Assembly (NCBI GenBank): GCA_041694815.1 | Contig: JBGFSC010000035.1 | Coordinates: forward strand, 1 to 64,000 | Source of the DNA: Elusimicrobiota bacterium | GTDB taxonomy: Bacteria > Elusimicrobiota > Elusimicrobia > UBA1565 > JACRDR01 | Direction: 5' to 3' | Length of the DNA: 64,000 bases | In this document: positions 28,733-39,100 of the stretch, one piece after another | Layout: each line of letters opens with the position of its first letter | Numbering within the stretch: position 1 is the first letter of the stretch | Notes under the pieces: generated by a model | What the model saw: only the letters and a program-made list of their open reading frames with translations | Told to the model about the DNA's origin: nothing | Databases searched by the model: none | Position numbers and translations under genes: made by a program

Positions 28733-30670
28733 ATGCGGCTGGCGGGCGTGCTCGTTTGTGGAGTCATTTTATCGACCTGCGCTTCGATCCTCGAGGCCGA
28801 GGCTGACCGACAGGCTAAAGAGGGAACGAGAAAGGAGAATCGACCTCAAAATGCCCGTCCCCCATCCTCGACGCTCCCCGTCCAGCACGCCCCGGGGAGC
28901 GAGACGGGCACAATCCCCGAGGCGAAAGCGTTTTCCCCAGTCGTTCTCCGCCGAAGGATCGTTCCGAACAGCGGGCGACCTTCGGGGCAGGCCTCCTCGG
29001 CGATGCAGGTCCCTCCGGCCGCCGCCCTATCCGAAACCCGCTCCCTTCCCGCGGACGTCTTGTCCGAAGAAGCCCTGAGCCGCCCCGTGGCTATTCCCGG
29101 TCGCCCTTCGCCGGAAGCGATTCTGCCCATATCATTGCCCCAGGTGGAATTGACGCGCTCCGTCCATGCGGCAGGCGAACGGTTGCCCGGTCTGTCCGCC
29201 CCTTCGGGCGGCAACGCTGCTTTGTCTTCCCCTTCCGGATCGCAAGGGGCGACGGCGCCCGATCTCCCCTCTGGGTCGGAGCGCGACGCCGCAAAGCCGC
29301 CCCAAGACGAGTTCAATCGTTTGCTGGAAAGCGCCATCGCGGACAATCGTAAGGGTTTCCACGCGCAGGCCTTGGCGAGCGCCATGGCCGCCCAGGCGCT
29401 TAACCCGCTCAGTCCGGCCGCGGCCAGGAGCGTGGCGTACGCCTACAGGGGGCTGGGGCAGCCCGAGCCGGCCCTTTCGGCCGCCAACCGGGCGGTGGAA
29501 CTCGGGCCGAACGATGCGCGCAACTTCCATACCCGCGCCATGGTATACGACGCGTTAAACGACCGGGAGGCGGCCCTCAATGATCTGGCGGCAGCCCAGC
29601 GCTTAGACCGGCGTTATCGCCCGGTGTACGAGCGCGTCAAGCGCGGCGGTAAGGTCTACGATCCTACGGCCGAAAATATCCCGGACTACGAGGACCTACT
29701 CCGACCGTGGACCTTGTCGGGCGCTGGCCGATCCTGGTGGTTGGCCGCCCTGGCCATGGCCGCGGCGCTCGGTGGTTTAGGGATCGTCGCGAGGACGCAG
29801 CGGCCGAGCCGCGTCCCCCTCAAGCCGGCCTTCGAGGAACTGGGCAGCAAGTACGACGTGGTCCGCGTGATCGGCCGGGGCGGCATGGGAGAGGTCTTCG
29901 AGGCGACGGACCGCCTGTTGGGGCGCACGGTGGCGGTCAAGAAGATGTCGTTAGGTTTCGAGCCGGCCGATGCGAAGGCGAGGGAGCTGCTGCTCAAGGA
30001 AGCTCGCCTCGTCGCCTCGCTGCACCATCCGGCGATCGTCGACATATACGAGATCGTGGAACGGCGAGAGGCGATCTACCTGGTTTTCGAGTTTGTTCGG
30101 GGAAAGACATTACAGCACCTATTGGCCGAGAAGAAGCGGTTCACCCTCGCGGAGTCCCTCGAATACCTGCGCCCCGTCTGCAGCGCGCTGGACTTCGCCC
30201 ATTCGCGCAACGTCGTGCATCGGGACGTCAAACCAGCCAATCTCATGGTGACCGAGCACGGAACGACCAAGCTGATGGATTTCGGGATCGCCCGCAGCAT
30301 GGCCGAGCGCGTTCCGCCGCCGACCGGCCCGCGGGGAGGCTCCGAACTCGATTACCGCAGGACGACGAGCGTGGTCGGAACGCCGCTCTACATGGCGCCC
30401 GAGGTCGAGCAGGGAGTCATTTGCAAGGAAGCCGACATCTATTCCCTCGGCGTGTGCCTGTATGAAATGCTCACCGGCCGGACCCCGTTCATGGAGTCGC
30501 CGACGTTTTTCCAGAAGGCGCAGATGGGCTTCGCCCCCCCGTCTCGGATCGTTCCGGGGCTGCCCGAAGCGGTCGACGATCTGGTCCGCAAGGCCCTTCA
30601 ACCCAGGCCCGAAATGCGGCTGCACTCCGCCAAGGAGTTCTCTGCTTTGCTAGAGGCGGCCGCTCGCTAA
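28733..30670 (+). CDS. Receptor-like Hanks-type Ser/Thr protein kinase with extracytoplasmic TPR repeats
   Basis: Signal-like N-terminus, Pro/Ser-rich linker, about 3 TPRs, TM WWLAALAMAAALGGLGIVA, then IGRGGMGEV, VAVK, HRDVKPAN, DFGIA, GTPLYMAPE and DIYSLG. Confidence 0.93.
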   Translation: MRLAGVLVCGVILSTCASILEAEADRQAKEGTRKENRPQNARPPSSTLPVQHAPGSETGTIPEAKAFSPVVLRRRIVPNSGRPSGQASSAMQVPPAAALSETRSLPADVLSEEALSRPVAIPGRPSPEAILPISLPQVELTRSVHAAGERLPGLSAPSGGNAALSSPSGSQGATAPDLPSGSERDAAKPPQDEFNRLLESAIADNRKGFHAQALASAMAAQALNPLSPAAARSVAYAYRGLGQPEPALSAANRAVELGPNDARNFHTRAMVYDALNDREAALNDLAAAQRLDRRYRPVYERVKRGGKVYDPTAENIPDYEDLLRPWTLSGAGRSWWLAALAMAAALGGLGIVARTQRPSRVPLKPAFEELGSKYDVVRVIGRGGMGEVFEATDRLLGRTVAVKKMSLGFEPADAKARELLLKEARLVASLHHPAIVDIYEIVERREAIYLVFEFVRGKTLQHLLAEKKRFTLAESLEYLRPVCSALDFAHSRNVVHRDVKPANLMVTEHGTTKLMDFGIARSMAERVPPPTGPRGGSELDYRRTTSVVGTPLYMAPEVEQGVICKEADIYSLGVCLYEMLTGRTPFMESPTFFQKAQMGFAPPSRIVPGLPEAVDDLVRKALQPRPEMRLHSAKEFSALLEAAAR

Positions 30671-31549
30671 TTCGGCCGGACCGGAACGAACGATGTAGTC
30701 GGCGGGGCGCGCGAGGAATCGGCCGGCGTCGGAAAGCCCCTGCTCGAGCGCCGGGGCGCAATAGCGGGTTTTGAAATGGAGCTGGTCGTAGGAGAGCACT
30801 CTCGAAGGGAAAAAGCGGAAAATACGGCCGGCCTCGCCTTTCCAGCGCAGCGAGTCAATCGCTTTGGAGATGATCCGATGCACCGCCTCGCGGCCTAACT
30901 GGTCCCCGGGCCGGCGCAGCCAATTGAGCGACCATCCGATTTCCTCGGGGCGAATCATCTGGAGCACGATCAGGTCTCGACAGTCGGCCAGATGGTCGAA
31001 ATGCATCGCCTCTCGGCCCGGCACCCCGCCGTCGATATGGCGTCGGGAAACGCCGTCGCGCGTGACGGTGACGGCCGGAAAAATGGTGGGCACCGCGCAG
31101 CTTCCCGCCAATTTGGAGGCCAAGGGCCCGTCCCACCCGCTCTCGGCCCGGGGAGTGAAACGCGAGTAGTGCAGGGCGCGTTCCTCGACGCAATGGCTGA
31201 CGACGACGAATTCGCATCGGGCCTTCCGCTTGGCCTGTTCCTCGTCGCCGGTGTGGCTGACGGCCTCGAGTACTGGATCGATGGAATAGAGGCTCAAGGT
31301 GCGCAGGCTAGGGGAAAAGCGCAGGATCGGCCTCTCGTCCATGCTGCGCCAGCGATCGAGGAGTAGTTCGTCCATGCCGAGGAAATAGCTGGCGCCGGTG
31401 ATCGAGCCGATGCTGAAACCCAGCACCTTGTCGAAAACGAGTCCCGCGTCGCAGAGAGCCTTGAGGCAGCCTGCCTGCCAGGCGCCGTGTGAGCCGCCTC
31501 CGGCCAGCACCAAGCCCAGGGGCCTTTGAAAAAAAGAAGCCGCGACCAC
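30650..31549 (-). CDS. Patatin-like phospholipase
   Basis: LVLAGGGSHG, GFSIG (nucleophile Ser) and DGG. Confidence 0.9.
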   Translation of the reverse strand: MVAASFFQRPLGLVLAGGGSHGAWQAGCLKALCDAGLVFDKVLGFSIGSITGASYFLGMDELLLDRWRSMDERPILRFSPSLRTLSLYSIDPVLEAVSHTGDEEQAKRKARCEFVVVSHCVEERALHYSRFTPRAESGWDGPLASKLAGSCAVPTIFPAVTVTRDGVSRRHIDGGVPGREAMHFDHLADCRDLIVLQMIRPEEIGWSLNWLRRPGDQLGREAVHRIISKAIDSLRWKGEAGRIFRFFPSRVLSYDQLHFKTRYCAPALEQGLSDAGRFLARPADYIVRSGPAELASGRL

Positions 31550-31574
31550 GGTTGAAGTATATCAAATCGCGCAA

Positions 31575-31679
31575 TCGGTGCCAGGCATCCACTTTCTTTA
31601 CTTTCTCAACTTTCTCTTAAGGCGGGATAGGAATTTCAAGAAAGTTGAGAAAGTAAAGAAAGTGGATGCCTGGCACCGA
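31575..31679. repeat. 41-bp perfect inverted repeat with 23-nt spacer (REP/MITE-like element, copy 2)
   Basis: TCGGTGCCAGGCATCCACTTTCTTTACTTTCTCAACTTTCT and its exact reverse complement at 31639-31679. Confidence 0.9.
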
Positions 31680-31698
31680 AAAAGATTACACTGATGAC

Positions 31699-32982
31699 GT
31701 GGCGGAGACGGTCGTGGACTTGAAGGCTCTGGGCGCCGAGGCCCGCCGGGTGCTCGCCTCCAACCGCCGCACCGGGGTTTCGGGTTGGGAGGGCCGCCGC
31801 TACGATTTCGTCTGTCCTTCGCCCGCCGTCTATCCGTTCCAATGGCTCTGGGACAGCGCCTTCCATTCCATCGCGCTGCTGCATGTCGATCCGGCCTTAA
31901 GCCGCCAGGAGATCCGCTGCCTGTTGCAGGGGGTGCGTCCCGACGGTTTTTTCCCCCACATGCTGCTCTGGGAGCAGGGCGCGCACCAAAAGGCCCTTGC
32001 GGAGTATTCGATCCGCCTGGCGCACCCCTACTATACCGCCGTCACCCAGCCCCCGGTCCTGGCCCGGGCCATCGAGCGCATCCATCAGGCGACGGGAGAC
32101 GCTGGTTTCGTCCGCGAGGTTTTTGCTCCCACGCTCCGTTTCTTTGACTGGCTAGCGGCGGTGCGCGACCCCGACGCGGACGGGCTCGTCGCCATTATCC
32201 AGCCGGATGAATCGGGGCTCGACGCCAGCCCGAAATTCGACCGTTTGATGCGCGTCGTCTGGGATCCGCCCGGCCAGACCATGCCCTCGCTGCGCCGCAA
32301 TATGCAGAGGCTCTTCGACGCCTACGCCCCGGTGAAGGACGCCTCCCGCTTGCCTCATCTCGACGTCTTCGTATGGGAGGAGGTGATGTTCAATACGATC
32401 TATGCCGACGGGCTTATGAGCCTCTCGCGCCTGGCCCCGTTCGCCGGACGGCCGGAGGAGGCGCCGACCCTGAGAGCGAGGGCCCTGAAGGTCATCAACG
32501 CCTTGCAGGAAAAATGCTGGGACGAGAAGGCTGGGGTCTTCTGGGATTTGGCGGGAGCGGCGGAGGAGCGGGTGCGGACCTTGACCTTCAGCTGCCTTTT
32601 CCCCCTGGCTCTGCCGGAGCTCGATTCCGGCATCGCCAAACGCCTCATCGAGGAACATCTGCTCAACGAGAAGGAATTTTGGCTTCCCTTCCCGATCCCC
32701 AGCGTCGCCGCGACCGAGCCGAGCTTCGACCCTTCTTGGCAAAGCGGCGCCGTTTGGCGGGGGCCCAGCTGGGTCAACGTCAATTGGTACCTCTATTGGG
32801 GCCTCAAGGCGCATGGCCGCGGGGAGCTGGCCTCGGAATTGGCTCGGCGCAGCTTCGCCATGGTGGGCCGGGGCGGCATACGCGAGTTCTTCAATCCCTA
32901 CACGGCCGAGGGCTACGGCGCCCCGGATTTCGGCTGGACCTGCCTGGTCCTGGACTTGCTCGCGGCCGAGAACGCCCTTTAG
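31699..32982 (+). CDS. GH63/MGH1-like (alpha/alpha)6 glycoside hydrolase
   Basis: YPFQWLWDSAF, TQPP, ESGLD.SP.FD, WRGPSWVN.NW and REFFNP..G.GAPDFGW. GTG start chosen because TACACT lies 6 nt upstream and the upstream ATG is inside the repeat. Confidence 0.88.
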   Translation: MAETVVDLKALGAEARRVLASNRRTGVSGWEGRRYDFVCPSPAVYPFQWLWDSAFHSIALLHVDPALSRQEIRCLLQGVRPDGFFPHMLLWEQGAHQKALAEYSIRLAHPYYTAVTQPPVLARAIERIHQATGDAGFVREVFAPTLRFFDWLAAVRDPDADGLVAIIQPDESGLDASPKFDRLMRVVWDPPGQTMPSLRRNMQRLFDAYAPVKDASRLPHLDVFVWEEVMFNTIYADGLMSLSRLAPFAGRPEEAPTLRARALKVINALQEKCWDEKAGVFWDLAGAAEERVRTLTFSCLFPLALPELDSGIAKRLIEEHLLNEKEFWLPFPIPSVAATEPSFDPSWQSGAVWRGPSWVNVNWYLYWGLKAHGRGELASELARRSFAMVGRGGIREFFNPYTAEGYGAPDFGWTCLVLDLLAAENAL

Positions 32983-33011
32983 AACCCCCGCCCTTCGGCC
33001 TATCCGAAGAT

Positions 33012-33052
33012 TAGGACTTTCGGTCCAGGATTGATTCTAGGCTTTTGGCCCC
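33012..33052 (+). promoter_or_regulatory. Two TAGG-motif copies upstream of the giant gene
   Basis: TAGGACTTTCGGTCC (33012-33026) and TAGGCTTTTGGCCCC (33038-33052). Confidence 0.45.
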
Positions 33053-33116
33053 AAGGCCGCCTGCCCTCCCGACCCTTGGAGTGGGGTCTCGACGTCGACT
33101 ATATTAGAGGAAGCCC

Positions 33117-36100
33117 ATGCAGGCATACTCCCCTCCGGCCTGGCATCGCTTTATCTCCCTGCTGCTCGCCCACGCCGTTCTTTGGCAGGCCCTCTACCCG
33201 GCGGCCGCGCTGGCGCTCGAGGGAGGGCGCCCGCTTCCCTCGCGACTGGGTTCCGCCGCCGAAAAATTGATCCAAGACGCGGGTTTGGAGAAGGGAAGCT
33301 TCGAGGGGGCGTTGCCGGAGCCCCCGGCGCCTCCCGAAGGCCGCGAAATAGCCGTCTTGTCGAGAAAGGACGAACCGGACTCCTGGAGCTTGCACGCCCG
33401 ATGGGCCCGGGAGGCCCGGCAGGATCTCTTGGCCCGAGTGCTCGGGCGGGCCGGCGTGCTGGAGCGCAAGGGCATCCAGGCGGAACATGTGGAGGCGTTG
33501 CGCAAGGCCGCCCAGGGCCTCGCCTACGCGGAGCTTAAGGCCCTCGTGGAGGCTTGGGGCCCGGTCCGAGCGGCGCGGCTGGGCCGGCTGCTCCTTTTCC
33601 TGAGCCGGGGGGACGCGGCGGTGGGCGCCTGGCTTCGCTCGCATCTGGGAGAGGCTCCCGCCGATGTCTCGATGGCCCTGCCCAGCCTGGCCGCCTTGCT
33701 TTCCATTCCTGATGACGCCGAGCGGCTCAAGGCGGACGCCCGGCGCGCGTTGCACGAGGCCTCGGCCAAGAGGCCGCCCACCGCCGACGGGGTTGCGCGG
33801 AAAAAAAGGAATTCTCGATCGGTGCCCTCTCCGGAGAAAGAAGCGCTCGAAAAGGCCAGCCTAGAGCGCCGATATGAGCAGGCGAAGCTCTCGCAGCAGC
33901 GGGATTTGGTCAATGGGGCCTCCAAGGGCGAGCCGGGGACGATCGAGCGGCTCAAGAAATTTTACGAGGGACTACTGCCCGCTCCGCCGGCCAACGGGGG
34001 GTTTGGCATGAGCGAATCCGCCGAGTCTAGGGCCGCGGCCCTGCAGGCCCTGCTCAAGGCATGGAACGGTGCGGCCCTGCGTAACTCGCCGCCGGAAGCG
34101 GCGTCCCAAGACAAAGCTCCCCTCGCCGGAACGCCGCAGGAAAAGGCGATTCTAGAATCGGTGTCGCGCATCGAATCCCTTAAGGTCCAGCTGCAGGACG
34201 CCATCGCCCTCCGCGAGACGGCGGCCGCGGCCGTGGCCGCCACGGAGTCGGCGCGCAACGCCGCGCTCAAGCTGCGGCGCGGCGGCCAGGACATGCTCGA
34301 ATTCCGCAAGAACCATGCTAGATTGGCGATGGTGACCGAGTTGAGCTACGCCAACAACGTGCTCACCGCCGCCCAAAAGGCCGTCGGAGGGATGCTCGCC
34401 ATCGTCGACCGCCGCATGGCCCAGATCGAGGAGGCCCGCGGCCGTGGCCAGGCCAACGCGGCGGCCACGCGCGCGAGGCAGGCCAAGAAAGGCGACTGGC
34501 AGCAGAAGGTCGACGAGGACGTAGCCGAGGACAATCGCCAGGCGGGCTTGTTCACCACGCTGCAGGAATTGGGCCAGATCTACGTGGACCGGGTCGAGGG
34601 GTTTAAGCTCGACGTCGGGAACCTGATCGCGGAGATCAACGGCAAGGACAAGGGGAGTAGCGCCGACGCTCCCAGCGAATACCGGCGGCGAAAGGCGATG
34701 GTCCCGGAACTCGAGCGTTGCGCCAGGGAAGATTGCGGCGATGGTTCGGGGGATATCAGCAATCTTTCGGTGGCCTCGCTCAAGAAACAGCTTGAAGAGG
34801 TTGATGGCTATATCGCCCAGATCGCCCAGGAGCGGGGCCAGTTCCGGGACCTGCCAATTCAGGGCGCCGCGCAATTGATCGTCTTCGTGCCGCCGATCCC
34901 GGAAGTGAAGGGGCATAATTTCGGCGCCGATCCGGCGGCGGTATTGCCGATTCTGCGTCAACGGAGACAGGAATTAGATAAACGCCTTGCGGACCTAACG
35001 AAGATGTGGTCGACCGCGCGGGACATGGCCGATCCTGGTTATGGCGGATCGCGCCAGAACGAATTCGGCGACTCCATTCCCGCTTCTCTCTCCAAATACC
35101 GCGAAAGCGAGGCGCAGAAGCTTAATGCCAATCGCTCCAAGATGAATAAGTTCGCCGCCCTCATCGACCAGACGGCGGCCAAATTGGGAGGCGGGCTCCC
35201 ATTGCTTTCGGGAAAGAGCGCCGAGGAGTTGCGGGAGGATCTCAAGAATTATCCGAATCAATTGCAAAGCCTCCGCTTCGAGGATTCCCTGGAAGGCAAT
35301 AAGTTGATGCTTGAAATGCTCAACATCGCCCGTTACCTGCCGTTGTTGGCCGACGCCACCATCCGAACCGCGGAGGCCGAGGGAACGATCAAGGTGGTCG
35401 ACGAGGCGATCCCGGTGGTACAAAAAGCGGCCGCGGGACTAAAGCTGGCCGTCGACGGAGTCCAGGGCTTGCTCGACGATGTCGCGGAGGACGAAACCTA
35501 TATCCGCAATTTCTCCAATGACCCCGGTAAGCAACAGGCTTTGATTAATCGCAAGAAAGACCTGGTAGAGCGGCTTGACATCATGCTTCGCCAACTCAAG
35601 GAACTGCTCGAGAAAACCCTGCTGCCGTTCCAGGAGAAGCGAGCGGGTTCCGGCGGCGCTTCGATGGAAGGCGGCGATAACTATAACACCCTCTATACCA
35701 TCAAGCTCGAGGTCTACGAGCTCATCGAGCATTTCCACAAGGTCGGCGTTCCCTGGCTATTGGCCTCGGTCGGGGCCCCGGAGAACAACCAGGGGCAGGC
35801 GAGGGCCAATATCGCCGGCTTCAGGCGGAAGCTCGACGAGTACAAACTCAACATCGCCGAGCTTCAGCGGCAGGTAAAATGCCGCAAGGATCCGGAATGC
35901 CAGGATCCCGACGAGGCCTACGGGGAGGCGATGCCGTATTCTCTGCCTCGGCGCATCAAGAAGTACGAGGAGGAGATGAGGCTCCGCGCGGCCCAGGTTA
36001 ACCGCCAGGCTTCGGCCATCAACGAAATCCTTGCCGACATCGATCGCGAGACAAACGGCCGATCCGGCCTTCAGCCATACGCCCTGCCGGCCGACGTCAA

Positions 36101-39100
36101 TCCCGAAGACCCCGGCGCCGCCGAGCGGCTCAAGCAGTTCGGCACCTCGGGAGCCGTCGACGGCTTGGTCGAGCGGCTCAAGCAGATAGCGGCGGCCGCC
36201 GAGCAGGGAGGAGGCGACGGCCTGAAGATGCCCTCGCTCGACGCCAGCGGCATCCCGACCGGCACCCAGCCCTCTCCGACCGTCAACGCGCAGCAGAAGA
36301 CCGCGCTTCTGGCCTTGGAGGCCGTCAAGCGCCTGGCTCCCTCCACGGCGGCGCCGGACGGCGACTCCTTCGCGGATGCCCTCAAGCGTTTCGTTTGGGC
36401 GGCCAGCGTTAAGGCCGCCTCCGAGGACGCGCTCGCCAACCAGGTCCCGCGCTACGACGAGCTTCTCAAGCGGGGCGATGAGATACTCGGGGAGATGTAC
36501 GCGGATCTCGAGGAGGATGCGCGCTATATCTCGGCCCCGGAGAGCGGCGGCCTCCAGCTCATGGCCCGCAAGATAGACCTCTACGGCCGCTTGCGGGACT
36601 TTTCCAAGCACGCGGTCGAGGTGTTCCAGCAAAAGGCGGCCGATGACCGCAAGGGTGCTGATACCATCAAGGACGTGGACACCTACCTCACGCTCGAGGG
36701 CTCCATTTACGAGCAAAGCGGGGCGATTCTCGACGCCGAGTACCAGGCGGCCAAGCTCTACGCCGACACCCTGGGCAACATGAAACGCCAGCTCGACGAC
36801 CAGGCCGATCAGGTCCGCAACTGGCTCAGCCAGCTCAACCCCGCCCAGGAGACGGCCTTAAACCGCCTGTCCCAGAGCATGTCCAGATTGATGGAGAGGA
36901 CGAAGGCGGTGCTTGAGACCAACGGCCCTTATTATAGCGCGCTCGACCTCTTCAAGAAGGCCGACCGGGACCTGATCGATTTGACCGAGCAGATGGGACT
37001 GGCCGAGAAGGAGCTTAAGAAAGCATTGGTTGACGAAAAAACGGCCAGCCGTTACCGCCGCGAGGATATGGGCGACGATTTGGCCGATAAGGTCGAGGCC
37101 TTGACCATGGCCGGAACGGCCTGGTTCGCCGAAGGCAAGGGCATACTGCCGCAGGCCATGATCATCCCCAAGAGCCACTTCGAGGAGTTCCTCGATTCGG
37201 TTCTGAGCTCGCTCGGAGGCCAGAACGCGGCCAGGCGCTTGGCGCAATCGGGAGGGGACCTCCCGGGCCCGATGATGCTCAGCCAGCTCATCCCGAACTC
37301 CAAGGTGCTGTCCTTGGGCGACCCGGGGACCGGCTTCTACGTCGCCTACCAGAGCAATTTCTCGGTCCCCAACGGCTTGGAGAGCGATTCCCAGGTCACG
37401 CTAGGCAACGTTGCCAGCGCCAATCTCTTCGGCGCCGAGCAGAACCTGAGTTTGATCGGCTACCGTTTCGCCTCTCCCCCCAACTCGGGCAACGCGCCCT
37501 ACGGCGACCGGGGCATTTCGGTCCAGCTCGAGTCCCTCGGCAAAAACGGCGCCAACTATCTGGACATTACCTTCCATCGGCTGCTCCAGGACATCCCCAA
37601 GGACAACGGCTTTAAGGCTCAGACCGAGGACAACCGCCTGATGGTCTTCGAGAATTTCGCCTTGATGGTCTCCAGCGGCCGCTTGTATCTGGGCGGCGCC
37701 GGCTTCGGCGATTTCGCCACCAGCGATTTGGGGCATGTCGATCCCCGCTCGCTCTGGCGGACCATGCGCCGCGGTTCCGATGGCTCCCAGCAGAAGCCGT
37801 ACTACTTCGGCGGCGCGCTGCAGCAATCGATCCGATTCAACGAGCTCATGGAGCTGACCGCCGAGCAGAGCGCCCTGTGGGCCAAGGACCCCCGCAGGTT
37901 CCTTCAGACCATCAACCTAGACTTCACCCAATACGACCCTCTCTTCGACCAGGACTTCGTCATCAGCGCGCGCGGAGATAGTAAGTACTTCAACAGGCAG
38001 AAATTCGGAGCCAGGTTCAATCTGGGAAGATTCCTGGGCCGCGGCTCAAAGGCGCCTTCCTTCACGCTGGAGCTCTACGGCTCGCGCTTGGACGGCTCCG
38101 ACGACATAGGGCAATGGGCTGGGGGCGCGACCGTGCTCAGCGGGATGTCCTTTGACGCCGGCCCGGGCTCTCCGTTCATGCCGGTGAGCGTCAACGCTTC
38201 CTTGACGGCCGAGGCCGGGCAGAAATACGAGACGGGCAAGGCCTTCCTCAACATCCAATTCCAAAAGGGGATCGCCTTCTCCGCCCAAGGCAAGATCATG
38301 CCGACCCATGAACAGCTCTTGGCGGGGGATCTTCGCGACGCGCCCGCCAACCTCATCGCCCAAGCGAGCATGAAGCTCAATCCCCAAACGGATATCTTCG
38401 TCTCCTACGGAAGCCCCTACCTCGGGCTCAACCCCCGCTTCACTCTGGGAAGCCATTTCATGACCAGCGTTGGCGACGTGTGGCGGACGGTATTCGAGAG
38501 GACCAAGAGGAGGATGTCGGGCGACCTTCCCCTCGAGCGCTTCAACAAGAACCTAGACGAGTTCTTCCGCCGCGACGGCGGCCCGCAGAATCCCCTCGTC
38601 CGCCAGCTCGAGCAGGTCTACGCCAACGACATCGGCAAAAAGCTGCTGAGCCTCGACATGGGGCAGTTCTCCAAGGATCTCGAGGACCTCGTCAACCAAG
38701 GGGCTTTTTTCGACAACACCCGCATGCATGGAACGGTCGGCTTCGTGCCGTGGGGCGTGGGAACCACGCTCGCCGACCGGGTCGCCGGGCCTGGCTTTCA
38801 AACGGGGACGATGACGCAGTTCGTGATGAAAAAAACGAAGAGGGTCGAGATCGAACGCAAGGTCGTCTCGATCTTCTCGGCGGGGCTCGCCCTGCAGGCG
38901 CGCCTCATCGAGCTCACCAAGGAATGGGAGCAGGCGGTCGCCGATATCCTGCAGGCCCAATGGGAGCTGCAGCTCGCGCAGTTCGCCTACAATACCGCGC
39001 AAGAGGATACGATGCGCCTCGACGCCGAGGGCAAGGCCTTGGAGGCTCAAATCCGGCTCAAGCAGGCGACTCTGCGCTACAATCTCCTGACCGGCCAGCG

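Noticed and set aside
5823..31679. Palindromes as CRISPR repeats
   Set aside because: No repeat-spacer array and no cas genes; the two copies are 26 kb apart.
31666..31698. ATG start MPGTEKD for the hydrolase, and the MPGT starts at 5836 and 5879
   Set aside because: These ATGs come from the palindrome arm (ATGCCTGGCACC) and are probably artefacts of the repeat.
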